Origin: Verrucomicrobiota bacterium
GTDB taxonomy: Bacteria; Verrucomicrobiota; Verrucomicrobiia; Limisphaerales; UBA11358
Direction of reading: 5' to 3'
NCBI GenBank assembly: GCA_050013895.1
Contig: JBEKEJ010000002.1
Span: 1 to 34,526, forward strand
DNA length: 34,526 bases
The notes below the pieces were generated by a model. It ran no database searches and was not told the origin of the DNA. It was given only the letters and a program-made list of their open reading frames with translations. Position numbers and translations under genes: made by a program. Shown here piece by piece: positions 11,598 through 20,760 of this stretch (the stretch's first letter is position 1; each line of letters begins with the position of its first letter).

Positions 11598-11952
11598 TCG
11601 AGAGGGTCTGCGTCGGCATCCGGCCGTCCGGCCTGCCGTGCCGCCTCGTTCCTTCGCTTGGGGGAGCCGGTTACCGTCACTTGGCGACGTTCATCGCCGG
11701 CGGCGTTGATGACCGGCTGGCTCTTGGGATGACGCGCTGTGTCAAAAATACCAAGCCTTTGGCAAGATTGAAAAGGCCGAGGCGGCGAAGTGGAATGTGA
11801 AGGCCTGTGCCAGTGTCTGTTCGCCCGAAAATTCGGGCAAAATCAATTCGCGGAACTCGCTTGAGTGATGAACGTAAATCCGCAAGAATTCCGGAGTCCC
11901 CGGCAATGGGGAATGACCGGAGTCGGTCGGTTAACGAAACAAAAATAGGCTT

Positions 11953-12282
11953 ATGAAAAAACTACTTGTTCTGGGCATCGCGGCAATGACCGTTGCCGCG
12001 CTGTCCGCTCGCGCGGAAGACGCGAAATCCACCTACGACAAAAGTTGCGCCATGTGCCACGGTGCAGACGGCAAGGGCCAGACCAAAATGGGTCAGAAAC
12101 TTGGCGTTAAAGACTTCACGGATGCCAAAGTTCAGGCAGACATGAAGGACGATGCGGCGGCGAAGGCGATCAAGGAGGGGATGAAGGACGCGGACGGCAA
12201 GACCTTGATGAAACCGTTTGATAGCCTGTCAGACGACGACGTCAAGGGACTGGTCACGTATATCCGGGCGTTTAAGAAGTGA
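11953..12282 (+). CDS. Secreted monoheme class I c-type cytochrome (paralog 2)
   Basis: 109 aa with signal peptide MKKLLVLGIAAMTVAALSARAED, a CAMCH heme motif and a distal Met candidate (TLMKPF). It is clearly paralogous to the 8677 gene. Confidence 0.8.
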   Translation: MKKLLVLGIAAMTVAALSARAEDAKSTYDKSCAMCHGADGKGQTKMGQKLGVKDFTDAKVQADMKDDAAAKAIKEGMKDADGKTLMKPFDSLSDDDVKGLVTYIRAFKK

Positions 12283-12480
12283 GCAACGCCGGCAGCCCTT
12301 GCCGGGTGAATGGCCCGGAGGAAACGCGGCGGCAGGGGGTTGGTCGAGAAGGGGCCCAGACAAATCCGGGTGACGCCGGGCGAAAGATGCCCGCGCAGCC
12401 GGGAGGGGGAGCATCTGCCTGCGGGAGAACTGACAAACGCAAAACCGCGCAGATTCCGACGATAGCAACTTGACCGATAT

Positions 12481-13950
12481 ATGAATGACGAAGATGCGGA
12501 ACAACCGCCTTACCGGCCGTCCTTGCTGCAAAACTGGGTGAGTCTGACCGGGTTGGTCATCGTGATCGGCAGTCTGTTCTCCTTCTGCCTGCTGTTCATA
12601 CTGGATGCCGTCGCGCACTTTTCCAATCCTTACATCAGCATCCTGACCTGGATGGTGACGCCGGGATTCCTGACCAGCGGGTTGCTTCTGGCACTGGTTG
12701 GGGCGCTGCGCGAGCGGCGTCGGCGGGCAAAGACCACTTCCTGGATGTCGGCGGTGCAAATTGATCTTTCGCGCCCGCGCGACCGGCGCATCCTCGTCAG
12801 CTTTGTCGTCGGCAGCCTCCTGTTCATCATGCTTTCCGCCGTGGGCAGTTACAACGCATTTGAATTCACGGAATCGGTCCAGTTTTGCGGCCAAACCTGT
12901 CACGGCGTCATGAAACCCGAACTGACGACCCACGACCACGGGCCGCACGCCCGCGTGGCTTGCGTGGCGTGCCATGTGGGGCCGGGGGTGAATTGGTTTG
13001 TCCGTTCAAAACTCTCCGGCTCCTATCAGGTGTATGCCGTCCTGTTCAACAAATATCCGCGGCCCATCCCCACGCCCATCGAGAACCTGCGCCCCGCCCG
13101 GGAAACCTGCGAGCAATGTCACTGGCCGCAGAAATTCAGCGGCAACCTGGACCGCACGTTCAATTATTTTCAGAGCGACGAATCCAATTCGCCCTATTCC
13201 ATCCGACTCTCGATCAAAATCGGCGGCGCCGACCCCTCCCGCGGCCCGGTCGGAGGCATTCACTGGCACATGGTCGTGGGCAACCAGGTGGAATACATCG
13301 CAACGGATGCGGCCCGGCAGAAGATCCCTTGGGTGCGGATCACCGACCAACAGGGCGTCGTCACGGTGTATCACACGCCAAGATTCACCAATGACGTCTC
13401 CGGGTTTGAAATCCGCAAGATGGATTGCATGGATTGCCACAACCGTCCGTCGCATCGTTACGTGCCACCGGACAAGGCCGTCAATCTCGCCATGGAACTC
13501 GGCCAAATTGACCGCACCATCCCCTGGGTCAAATCCAACGCGGTCTATGTCCTTACCCACAAATACGACAACGACAACCAGGCACGCGATGGCATTGCCA
13601 CCGCACTGGCGGAACGGTATCCCCATGACCCGCGCATCCGCGACGTGATTCCGGTGGTGCAAGGGATTTACACGAATAATTTCTTCCCGGAAATGAAGGC
13701 CAACTGGAGCGTTTATCCGGACAATGTCGGCCACCTGCTCTGGCCCGGTTGTTTCCGTTGCCACGACGGCGCCCACAAGGCCGACGATGGCCGGACCATC
13801 AAGGCCAACGATTGCAACGCCTGCCACACCATCCTCGCGCAGGGCAGCGGCGCGGAACTGCAGCAACTGACGCCCGGCGGCCAGCCCTTCAAACATACCG
13901 GCGGAGATTACGATCTTTCCTGTTCTGATTGCCACACGGGCGGATTGTAG
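12481..13950 (+). CDS. Inner-membrane heptaheme c-type cytochrome, NapC/NirT-related, ImcH-like architecture
   Basis: 489 aa with three N-terminal hydrophobic helices. Seven CxxCH motifs are present: CGQTCH, CVACH, CEQCH, CMDCH, CFRCH, CNACH, CSDCH. Three TM helices plus 7 hemes is the architecture published for Geobacter ImcH. Homology itself has not been tested here. Confidence 0.65.
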   Translation: MNDEDAEQPPYRPSLLQNWVSLTGLVIVIGSLFSFCLLFILDAVAHFSNPYISILTWMVTPGFLTSGLLLALVGALRERRRRAKTTSWMSAVQIDLSRPRDRRILVSFVVGSLLFIMLSAVGSYNAFEFTESVQFCGQTCHGVMKPELTTHDHGPHARVACVACHVGPGVNWFVRSKLSGSYQVYAVLFNKYPRPIPTPIENLRPARETCEQCHWPQKFSGNLDRTFNYFQSDESNSPYSIRLSIKIGGADPSRGPVGGIHWHMVVGNQVEYIATDAARQKIPWVRITDQQGVVTVYHTPRFTNDVSGFEIRKMDCMDCHNRPSHRYVPPDKAVNLAMELGQIDRTIPWVKSNAVYVLTHKYDNDNQARDGIATALAERYPHDPRIRDVIPVVQGIYTNNFFPEMKANWSVYPDNVGHLLWPGCFRCHDGAHKADDGRTIKANDCNACHTILAQGSGAELQQLTPGGQPFKHTGGDYDLSCSDCHTGGL

Positions 13951-13994
13951 CGACTGCCTCAAGGTCCATTTTGAATTGATAAATTCACGCAGCG

Positions 13995-14011
13995 TCGAGG
14001 CTTCGCCTCGA
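13995..14011 (+). terminator. Weak hairpin after the heptaheme cytochrome gene
   Basis: tcgaggc-ttc-gcctcga forms a 7-bp stem 45 nt after the stop. The following tract is only moderately T-rich (tccgattgtg). Confidence 0.25.
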
Positions 14012-14153
14012 TCCGATTGTGCAAACCCCGCTTTCCCGGCAACGGGCCGGACGCTGCTGTTGTCGCGTATCGCGGTTTTGGAGCACTGGCTGGCGTTTGC
14101 TGTGGTCACTTGAGCCACTTGACAAAATCTCGTGGGCTGATAAAAGCTCCGGC

Positions 14154-17100
14154 ATGAAATCAAATTCACGTCGTCGAACGCATCTGCCATTCATCGTTAT
14201 CCTGCTCGCCCTGATTCTCCACGCCGGGGTTGTTTGGGGGGTGCAGGACGAGGGACAACTGGCATGGGGTGTCAATGCGGTGGTTCTCAAGTCGCCGTGG
14301 AGCAGTTCGCCGACCATGGATGAGCTGCTCACCGATCAGGACCATACGATTTCGTTGGGCAAGTTCTATCGCGACGGCGGTCTGAATTTTCCCGCAACCC
14401 CGACGGAGTGCCGTCTTGCCTACAATAACGACGGGCTGCTGGTGGTCTTTCGATGCACGGAATCCAACATGTCCTTCCCTGCCGCCCCCCGAAGCACCGA
14501 CGATTGGTATTCCGAAATCAACGCGCGCGGTTCAGAAGACCACCTTTTCCCCGATGAGGTGGACTTTCTCATTCAGCCCGACATGACCAGCCGGGCGTAT
14601 TATCAATTCGCCATGACGCCGGACGGGAAAAAATTGGGCTGTTCCCGGCTGCCCGGTACGAACCAAGCCCCCGGCTCAGCCGTCCGCGCCGAGAAGCTTG
14701 ACGCTGCCGCGTTTGATGCGAATGTGGTGCGGGGAGCGGAGGAATGGGTGGTTTATTTCAAAATCCCCTGGTCAACTTTTGGCGGAAAGCCGGGTTCCCA
14801 TTTTGGTGTGATGCCCATTCGGACCCGCTGGCGCAACGGCGAAGTGAGCAGCCCGGTGGCCTTTGATTTCCTGGACGAAGTCAACAGCACAATGAAGAGC
14901 GCGGTGACGGAAGATCCGGCGGTTGACCTCTTTATTGAAACCCACTTTTCCGGACCGCCCGTGCAAACGGAGAGCGCCAGTTTGTGCCGATTGCCGTCAG
15001 GTGCGCAGCGCTGGCAGCGCGAAGCCTGGGTGACCTATCCGGATGTGGACACGCTCCGACAGGTCTGGCAGTTGGAGAATTCCCTGTCCACCCCGACGGA
15101 TGCGAACAATCTGGCGCAACGGCTCTATTTGACTTCGCGTTGGACAGACCTGTTGACATTGGAAGGACTCTGCTTCCTGCATCGCGCCTGGTCCACCACC
15201 ATGCCCGACATGTGGCCCGATATCCCCCGAAAAAAGATCAATGCGGCCTTGAGAACGAACAACGTGGCGGGGGCTTGTCAGGTTCTGGACGACTACCTGC
15301 GCCAATTGGATGAATTGTCCAGGTGGTGGTACGCCGACGGTTCGCCCGGCGACGTTTTGCAGGACGAATGGAAACCCGTCACGAAAGCCGAAAGCATCGA
15401 GACGCAAGATCATACGCTGCTCATGCGGTGTGTGGCCGGAGGCAACCACGTTGACTTGCACCTGGCCTTCCCGACCGTTGGCGGCGTCCGGATCTACGGC
15501 AACGATGAAGGTTACTTCAAACCGGCCGAACTGTGGCCAATCCATGCGACCCAATCCGGGGGCTCCTGCTCCATCCAGAGTCCCAACGGCAATATTGTGA
15601 TCCAGCAGGAGCCGTTTTCGATCTCCTTCCAAAATGCCGACGGCAAGGAAGTGACGCGCCTTGGCGCCAATGACCTCGCATTCCGATTCAATTCCGCCGG
15701 CAAGATCATCGGGCTCGATTTCAAGAATCATCTCGACCCGGCCGAGTCCATTTATGGTTTCGGCGAGCGCTACGATCATTTCAATGAGAATGGACATGCG
15801 CTGACGCTGTGGGGAACAGACGACTGGGTTGGGAACGGAGTGGGTTGGAGGAACACCACCTACAAACCGCTGGGGATCTTTCACAGCTCCAAAGGCTACA
15901 TGGTCTTCGACAATTCGACGTATCGCTTGAGGGCGGACGTCGGACAGACCGACCCGGGCCAGTATCGGTTGACGCAGTTGGGGCCGATTGTCGATTTCTA
16001 CTTTTTCATCGGCACTCCCGAACAGTCCCTGAATTCCTACACCGCCTTAACGGGCCGGTGCCCGCTGCCGTCGAAGTGGGTGTTTGAACCGTGGATGGGC
16101 AGAGGCGGTGGGGCCTGGCGGATCGGCCCGTATAACAATCCCGTTGCGAACCAGACCAATACCATCGCGCGCTTCGCGGCGTTGGACATACCGCATTCGG
16201 CGATCTATGCCGAGGGCGGAGGGCAATTCAACTCGCCTGTGCTGCACAAATTCGCCGATCAGTACGGCATCAGGGTGCTGGGCTATTTCATGCCGGCGGT
16301 TCGCAATCAGCAAGGGCTCATGCCAGAACTGAAACCCGAACAGGTTCCCACCCTCCGCCTCACGAATGGGGAAACGGCTCCTGGCGGGCGCGACATTTAC
16401 GTGGATTTCACGCACCCGCTGGCCATGGAACTTATCCGTCGGGATTTGAAGAACACCCTGGATATGGGCGTGGCCGGAAGCATGGTGGATTTCGGCGATA
16501 TGGTGGGGGATGACGCCGTATTTTATGACGGCAGAAGCGGCGCTGAAATGCACAACTTCTACTCGTACGCCTATCACAAAACGGTCAGTGAAGTGTACCG
16601 CGAGAAGCGCGGAGATGATTTCATCCTGTATGGCCGGGCGGCGGCTCCCGGAGGGCAACACTGGGTCGGGCAGTTTGCCGGCGATCATTCCGGCAACTTC
16701 GCCGGGCTCAAGGCTGTGTTGACCGGCGCGTTGAATCTGTGCGCCGGCGGCTACTCCACCTGGGGCAGCGATGTTTGCGGATATTTTGGCACGCCCGAGC
16801 CGGGGGTCTATATGCGCTGGTTTCAATTCGCGTGCTTCAGTCCGATCTGGCGGCCTCATGGCAAGGCTTCCTCGCGCGATCCTTGGGACTACGGCGACGC
16901 GGCCGTGACGAATTACAAGTTCCTCGCTTGGACTCGGGAAAACATACTGGACTATACCTACAATGCCGCTATTACCACACATGAGACCGGCACTCCCATC
17001 ATGCGCTCGATGCCGGTTGCCTTTCCCGACGAACCGCAGGTGGCCGGTGTCGGCGATCAATATATGTTCGGGCCGGATCTGCTCGTGGCGCCGGTCCTGA

Positions 17101-17651
17101 CGAGCGACGAGTTCCGCACGGTTTCCTTCCCGTCAGGCGTCTGGGCGAGCCTGTGGGACGGCAAGACTGTCACCGGTCCGGCCGAACTCAAAGTCAATAC
17201 GCCTCTGGACACGATCCCGGTCTATTTGAGGCCAGGAGCCATCGTGCCGGTGGAATTGAGCAAGGATTTGCAGTTTGGCCAAAGCATGACCCCCGGCCGG
17301 GTCGGCGCCTTGGTGACGACTCCGCCGAAGGAGAATGAGGACGTCGTTCTGTTCAACGAGCAGGGCGATGCGGCACGGGTGATTGTGCAAGCCACACCGA
17401 GTGGTTCCAGTTGGCAACTGAAAGACCTTCCTGAGATTAATTACGTCCTGATTTACGGCACGACCAGCGCCGCCGGCGTTAAAGTGGACGGCGAAGAGTT
17501 GCCGCACGTGACGACGCCCGGGTTCGATGGAATGCCCGCAGGCTGGCAGGCTGATTCCGCCGGCAACCGGCTGGTCATTCACCTGCCGTCAACCCAATCC
17601 AAAATGCCGACGAGAAAAATCGAAGTGGACTTCAACCCAGGCACGAAATAG
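14154..17651 (+). CDS. Glycoside hydrolase family 31 (alpha-xylosidase/alpha-glucosidase type) with a ~450-aa N-terminal extension
   Basis: GH31 blocks are IYGFGERYDHFNENG, the nucleophile region GVAGSMVDFGD, and FAGDHSGNF...GGYSTWGSDVCGYFG. A signal peptide (HLPFIVILLALILHAGVVWG) follows the ATG at 14154. The 45 codons upstream in the tracked ORF (from 14019) look non-coding. The N-terminal region (DEVDFLIQPD...YYQFAMTPDGKK) is reminiscent of CBM9/DOMON-like carbohydrate-binding folds, at low confidence. Confidence 0.85.
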   Translation: MKSNSRRRTHLPFIVILLALILHAGVVWGVQDEGQLAWGVNAVVLKSPWSSSPTMDELLTDQDHTISLGKFYRDGGLNFPATPTECRLAYNNDGLLVVFRCTESNMSFPAAPRSTDDWYSEINARGSEDHLFPDEVDFLIQPDMTSRAYYQFAMTPDGKKLGCSRLPGTNQAPGSAVRAEKLDAAAFDANVVRGAEEWVVYFKIPWSTFGGKPGSHFGVMPIRTRWRNGEVSSPVAFDFLDEVNSTMKSAVTEDPAVDLFIETHFSGPPVQTESASLCRLPSGAQRWQREAWVTYPDVDTLRQVWQLENSLSTPTDANNLAQRLYLTSRWTDLLTLEGLCFLHRAWSTTMPDMWPDIPRKKINAALRTNNVAGACQVLDDYLRQLDELSRWWYADGSPGDVLQDEWKPVTKAESIETQDHTLLMRCVAGGNHVDLHLAFPTVGGVRIYGNDEGYFKPAELWPIHATQSGGSCSIQSPNGNIVIQQEPFSISFQNADGKEVTRLGANDLAFRFNSAGKIIGLDFKNHLDPAESIYGFGERYDHFNENGHALTLWGTDDWVGNGVGWRNTTYKPLGIFHSSKGYMVFDNSTYRLRADVGQTDPGQYRLTQLGPIVDFYFFIGTPEQSLNSYTALTGRCPLPSKWVFEPWMGRGGGAWRIGPYNNPVANQTNTIARFAALDIPHSAIYAEGGGQFNSPVLHKFADQYGIRVLGYFMPAVRNQQGLMPELKPEQVPTLRLTNGETAPGGRDIYVDFTHPLAMELIRRDLKNTLDMGVAGSMVDFGDMVGDDAVFYDGRSGAEMHNFYSYAYHKTVSEVYREKRGDDFILYGRAAAPGGQHWVGQFAGDHSGNFAGLKAVLTGALNLCAGGYSTWGSDVCGYFGTPEPGVYMRWFQFACFSPIWRPHGKASSRDPWDYGDAAVTNYKFLAWTRENILDYTYNAAITTHETGTPIMRSMPVAFPDEPQVAGVGDQYMFGPDLLVAPVLTSDEFRTVSFPSGVWASLWDGKTVTGPAELKVNTPLDTIPVYLRPGAIVPVELSKDLQFGQSMTPGRVGALVTTPPKENEDVVLFNEQGDAARVIVQATPSGSSWQLKDLPEINYVLIYGTTSAAGVKVDGEELPHVTTPGFDGMPAGWQADSAGNRLVIHLPSTQSKMPTRKIEVDFNPGTK

Positions 17652-17802
17652 GACAACTTGGGTGATCAACAAGAGCAAACTGCGCCGGACCTGTCTGGAA
17701 TGATTGCCCGGCAGCATCTCGCCGGACCGTATAGGGCATGGCGTGGAGGTCCGCCTGTAAGGACAAAGCCAGGCCGGCCGCAACTTCGCCACGAAACAAT
17801 AT

Positions 17803-19203
17803 ATGAATACTGCACGCCAACTGGGCATCTTTGTTATCGGGTTGTTCTTTTGCGGGGCGGTTTATGGAACGAGTTATCCGATTAAGATCAGCAGCACGAA
17901 TCCGCGCCTGCTGGTCGATCAGAACAACGCTCCATTCCTGATCGTGGGAGATAATCCGCATGCCATGATTGTGAACCTCACATTGTCCGAGTCGACGGCT
18001 TATCTGGCCGACCGGGCGACAAATGGATTCAACAGTCTGTGGATTGATTTAATCTGCTTCAAATACACGGGCGGGCGGGTGGACGGCAGCCGCCTGGACG
18101 GGACCAAGCCCTTCACCCAGACCATTCCCGGCACCAGTTTTTACGACCTGACCACGCCGAATGAGGCTTATTTCGCCTATGCGGACGAGATTCTGCGAAT
18201 GGCGGCGACGAATGGAATGGTGGTCATGCTGGACCCCATCGAAACCGCCGGGTGGCTGCCAACAGCGCTCGCCAATGGCTCGACCCGGTGCCGGGCGTAT
18301 GGCCAATACCTGGGGAACCGTTACCGGGACTTCCCCAATATCATCTGGCTGAACGGAAATGACTATCAGAAATGGAGCGTGGCGACCAATGACGCGGTCA
18401 TGACCGCAGTGGCCCTGGGCATCAAGGACAAGGACCCAATCCATCTTCACACCATCGAATTGAATTACGATGCGAGCTGTTCCCTGGACGACCCGAACTG
18501 GGCGCCCATCGTCGGCCTGAATTTCGCCTACACTTATTACGACACCTACGCCGAAGTGCTTCATGGCTACAATCAATCCCCCGTCATGCCGGTGTTCATG
18601 GGCGAGGCCAACTATGAATCCGAAACGAACAAGAACGAGGACGGCGGGTCTCTGCGCGTTTTGCGCATGCAGGAATACTGGACCATGCTCTCCGGGGCGG
18701 TCGGCCAGTTATACGGCGATCGTTATACCTGGCCATTCGTGCCCGGCTGGCAGAATCATTATGACACACCGGGCGTCGTCCAACTCGGCTACATGAAGCA
18801 TTTGTTTGAGGCCCGGAAATGGTATGACTTGGTGCCTGATCAAGCCCACGCCTTCGTCACCGCCGGCTACGGCCATTTCGTATCCGATCCGCCGCCGGCG
18901 ACGGCAACCCAGGCGCGTTTCGCCGACAACGACTATGTGACCGCGGCCCTGACGGCCGACGGCACGCTGGGCATGGCCTACTTGCCGCAGGGCGGGAAGA
19001 TCACCGTGGCCATGAGCAAGCTTCAGAAGCCGGTCACCGCCCGCTGGTTCGACCCGAGCGCCAACACCTTCAAGGCCATTGCCGGCTCGCCGTTCGCCAA
19101 CACCGGCAAGCACCGATTCACCGCGCCGCGCAGGAACAGCGCCGGCGACCGTGACTGGGTATTGGTGTTGGAAACAGCTGCCGGCGGAGTGCCGCATAAT
19201 TGA
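17803..19203 (+). CDS. Secreted DUF4038/GH140-like glycoside hydrolase, tandem paralog 1
   Basis: 466 aa with a signal peptide. Blocks are APFLIVGDNPH, IIWLNGNDY, PVFMGEANYESE (clan GH-A-like TIM barrel), and a C-terminal ARWFDPSANTF...DWVLVLE. From memory, that tail matches the collagen-binding-like tail of DUF4038 proteins. Confidence 0.6.
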   Translation: MNTARQLGIFVIGLFFCGAVYGTSYPIKISSTNPRLLVDQNNAPFLIVGDNPHAMIVNLTLSESTAYLADRATNGFNSLWIDLICFKYTGGRVDGSRLDGTKPFTQTIPGTSFYDLTTPNEAYFAYADEILRMAATNGMVVMLDPIETAGWLPTALANGSTRCRAYGQYLGNRYRDFPNIIWLNGNDYQKWSVATNDAVMTAVALGIKDKDPIHLHTIELNYDASCSLDDPNWAPIVGLNFAYTYYDTYAEVLHGYNQSPVMPVFMGEANYESETNKNEDGGSLRVLRMQEYWTMLSGAVGQLYGDRYTWPFVPGWQNHYDTPGVVQLGYMKHLFEARKWYDLVPDQAHAFVTAGYGHFVSDPPPATATQARFADNDYVTAALTADGTLGMAYLPQGGKITVAMSKLQKPVTARWFDPSANTFKAIAGSPFANTGKHRFTAPRRNSAGDRDWVLVLETAAGGVPHN

Positions 19204-19238
19204 CGTTGTCCTTCACTTTGCAGGTTTAACTTCGCCAA

Positions 19239-20639
19239 ATGAATAAATATATGAATACATCACACCAACTGCGCCTCCTGGTCATCGGGCTGTTCCTTTG
19301 CGGGACGGTTTATGGAGCGAGCTATCCGCTCAAAGTCAGCAGCACAAATCCGCGCATTCTGGTTGACCAGAACAACGCTCCATTCTTGATCATGGGCGAT
19401 TCGCCTCATGCTCTGATTGTAAACCTCACGACACCGGATGCGGCAGCCTATCTGGCTGACCGGGCGGCCCGGGGAATGAACAGTATGTGGGTGCATCTGC
19501 TTATCATCAGACCCATCGAAGGGCGTCCGGACTGCAGCCTGCTGGACGGAACCAAACCCTTCACCAATACCATCTCCGGCACAGATTTCTATGACCTGAC
19601 CACGCCGAATGAAGCTTATTTTGCCCATGCGGACGAGGTGATCCGAATCGCGGCGACGAACGGGATTGTCGTCATGCTCAACCCTCTCGAAACTGCCGGA
19701 TTCCTGAAAACGGCCCTTGCCAACGGCTCGGCCCGCTGCCGGGCTTACGGGGAATACCTGGGGAACCGGTACAAGAACTTTCCCAATATTGTTTGGCTGA
19801 ACGGAAACGATTTTCAGACTTGGAGGGCTGCAACCAATGACGCGGTCATCACCTCGGTGGCACTGGGCATCAAGGATAAAGATCCGAATGCCATCCAGAC
19901 CGTGGAGTTGAATTATCAGGCCAGTTGTTCTTTGGACGACCCGAACTGGGCGCCCATCGTCGGCCTCAATCTCGCCTACAGTTATTACGCAACCTATGCC
20001 GAGGTGCTTCATGGCTACAATCAATCGTCCACGATTCCGGTGTTCATGGCCGAGGCCAACTTTGAATCTGAGACCAACGGCGACGAAGACGGCGGTCAGC
20101 CGCATGTGCTGCGCATGCAGGAATACTGGACCATGCTCTCCGGGGCGGCCGGCCAGCTTTACGGGCACAAATATATCTGGAGATTTCTTCCCGGCTGGCA
20201 GAACTACCTCGATACGCCCGGGGTCGTTCAGTTTGGCTACATGGAGAATTTGTTTGCCGCCCGGAAATGGTATGATCTGGTGCCTGACCAGAAGCACGCG
20301 TTCGTCACCGCCGGCTACGGCAAGTTCATTTCCACCGGACCCTCCGCCAAGGCGCCTGGCGGACGGTTTGCCAGCAATGACTATGTGACTGCCGCCCTGA
20401 CGGCGGACGGCACGCTGGGCATGGCCTATCTGCCGCAAGGCGGGACGATCACCGTGGCCATGAGCAGACTTCAGAAACCGGTCGCCGCCCGCTGGTTCGA
20501 CCCGAGCGCCAACACCTTCAAGGTGATTGCCGGCTCGCCGTTCGCCAACACCGGCACGCAACAATTCACCCCGCCCGGTAAGAACAGCACCGGCGACCCC
20601 GACTGGTTATTGGTGTTGGAAACGGTTGCCAGCCCATAA
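19239..20639 (+). CDS. Secreted DUF4038/GH140-like glycoside hydrolase, tandem paralog 2
   Basis: Collinear with the 17803 gene over the whole length, with the same motifs: APFLIMGDSPH, IVWLNGNDF, PVFMAEANFESE, ARWFDPSANTF...DWLLVLE. The duplicated upstream leader (aacttcgcca...atatATGaatac) suggests the homologous start is the ATG at 19251. Confidence 0.6.
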   Translation: MNKYMNTSHQLRLLVIGLFLCGTVYGASYPLKVSSTNPRILVDQNNAPFLIMGDSPHALIVNLTTPDAAAYLADRAARGMNSMWVHLLIIRPIEGRPDCSLLDGTKPFTNTISGTDFYDLTTPNEAYFAHADEVIRIAATNGIVVMLNPLETAGFLKTALANGSARCRAYGEYLGNRYKNFPNIVWLNGNDFQTWRAATNDAVITSVALGIKDKDPNAIQTVELNYQASCSLDDPNWAPIVGLNLAYSYYATYAEVLHGYNQSSTIPVFMAEANFESETNGDEDGGQPHVLRMQEYWTMLSGAAGQLYGHKYIWRFLPGWQNYLDTPGVVQFGYMENLFAARKWYDLVPDQKHAFVTAGYGKFISTGPSAKAPGGRFASNDYVTAALTADGTLGMAYLPQGGTITVAMSRLQKPVAARWFDPSANTFKVIAGSPFANTGTQQFTPPGKNSTGDPDWLLVLETVASP

Positions 20640-20760
20640 CGCATTCTGACAGGCTCATTGCCTTCAGCAACGACAGACCGCTGTTGTGTGAATCGCAGTT
20701 CTTGCAGATTCATGAGGCGTAGTCGTGGAGCCATGCAGCAATTGGACCAGACCGGGAAGT

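Noticed and set aside
14019-14153. Upstream 45 codons of the GH31 ORF, and similarly 8602..8676 of the first cytochrome c ORF
   Set aside because: There is no signal peptide or homology before the internal ATGs at 14154 and 8677. Each of those ATGs is followed by a canonical signal peptide.
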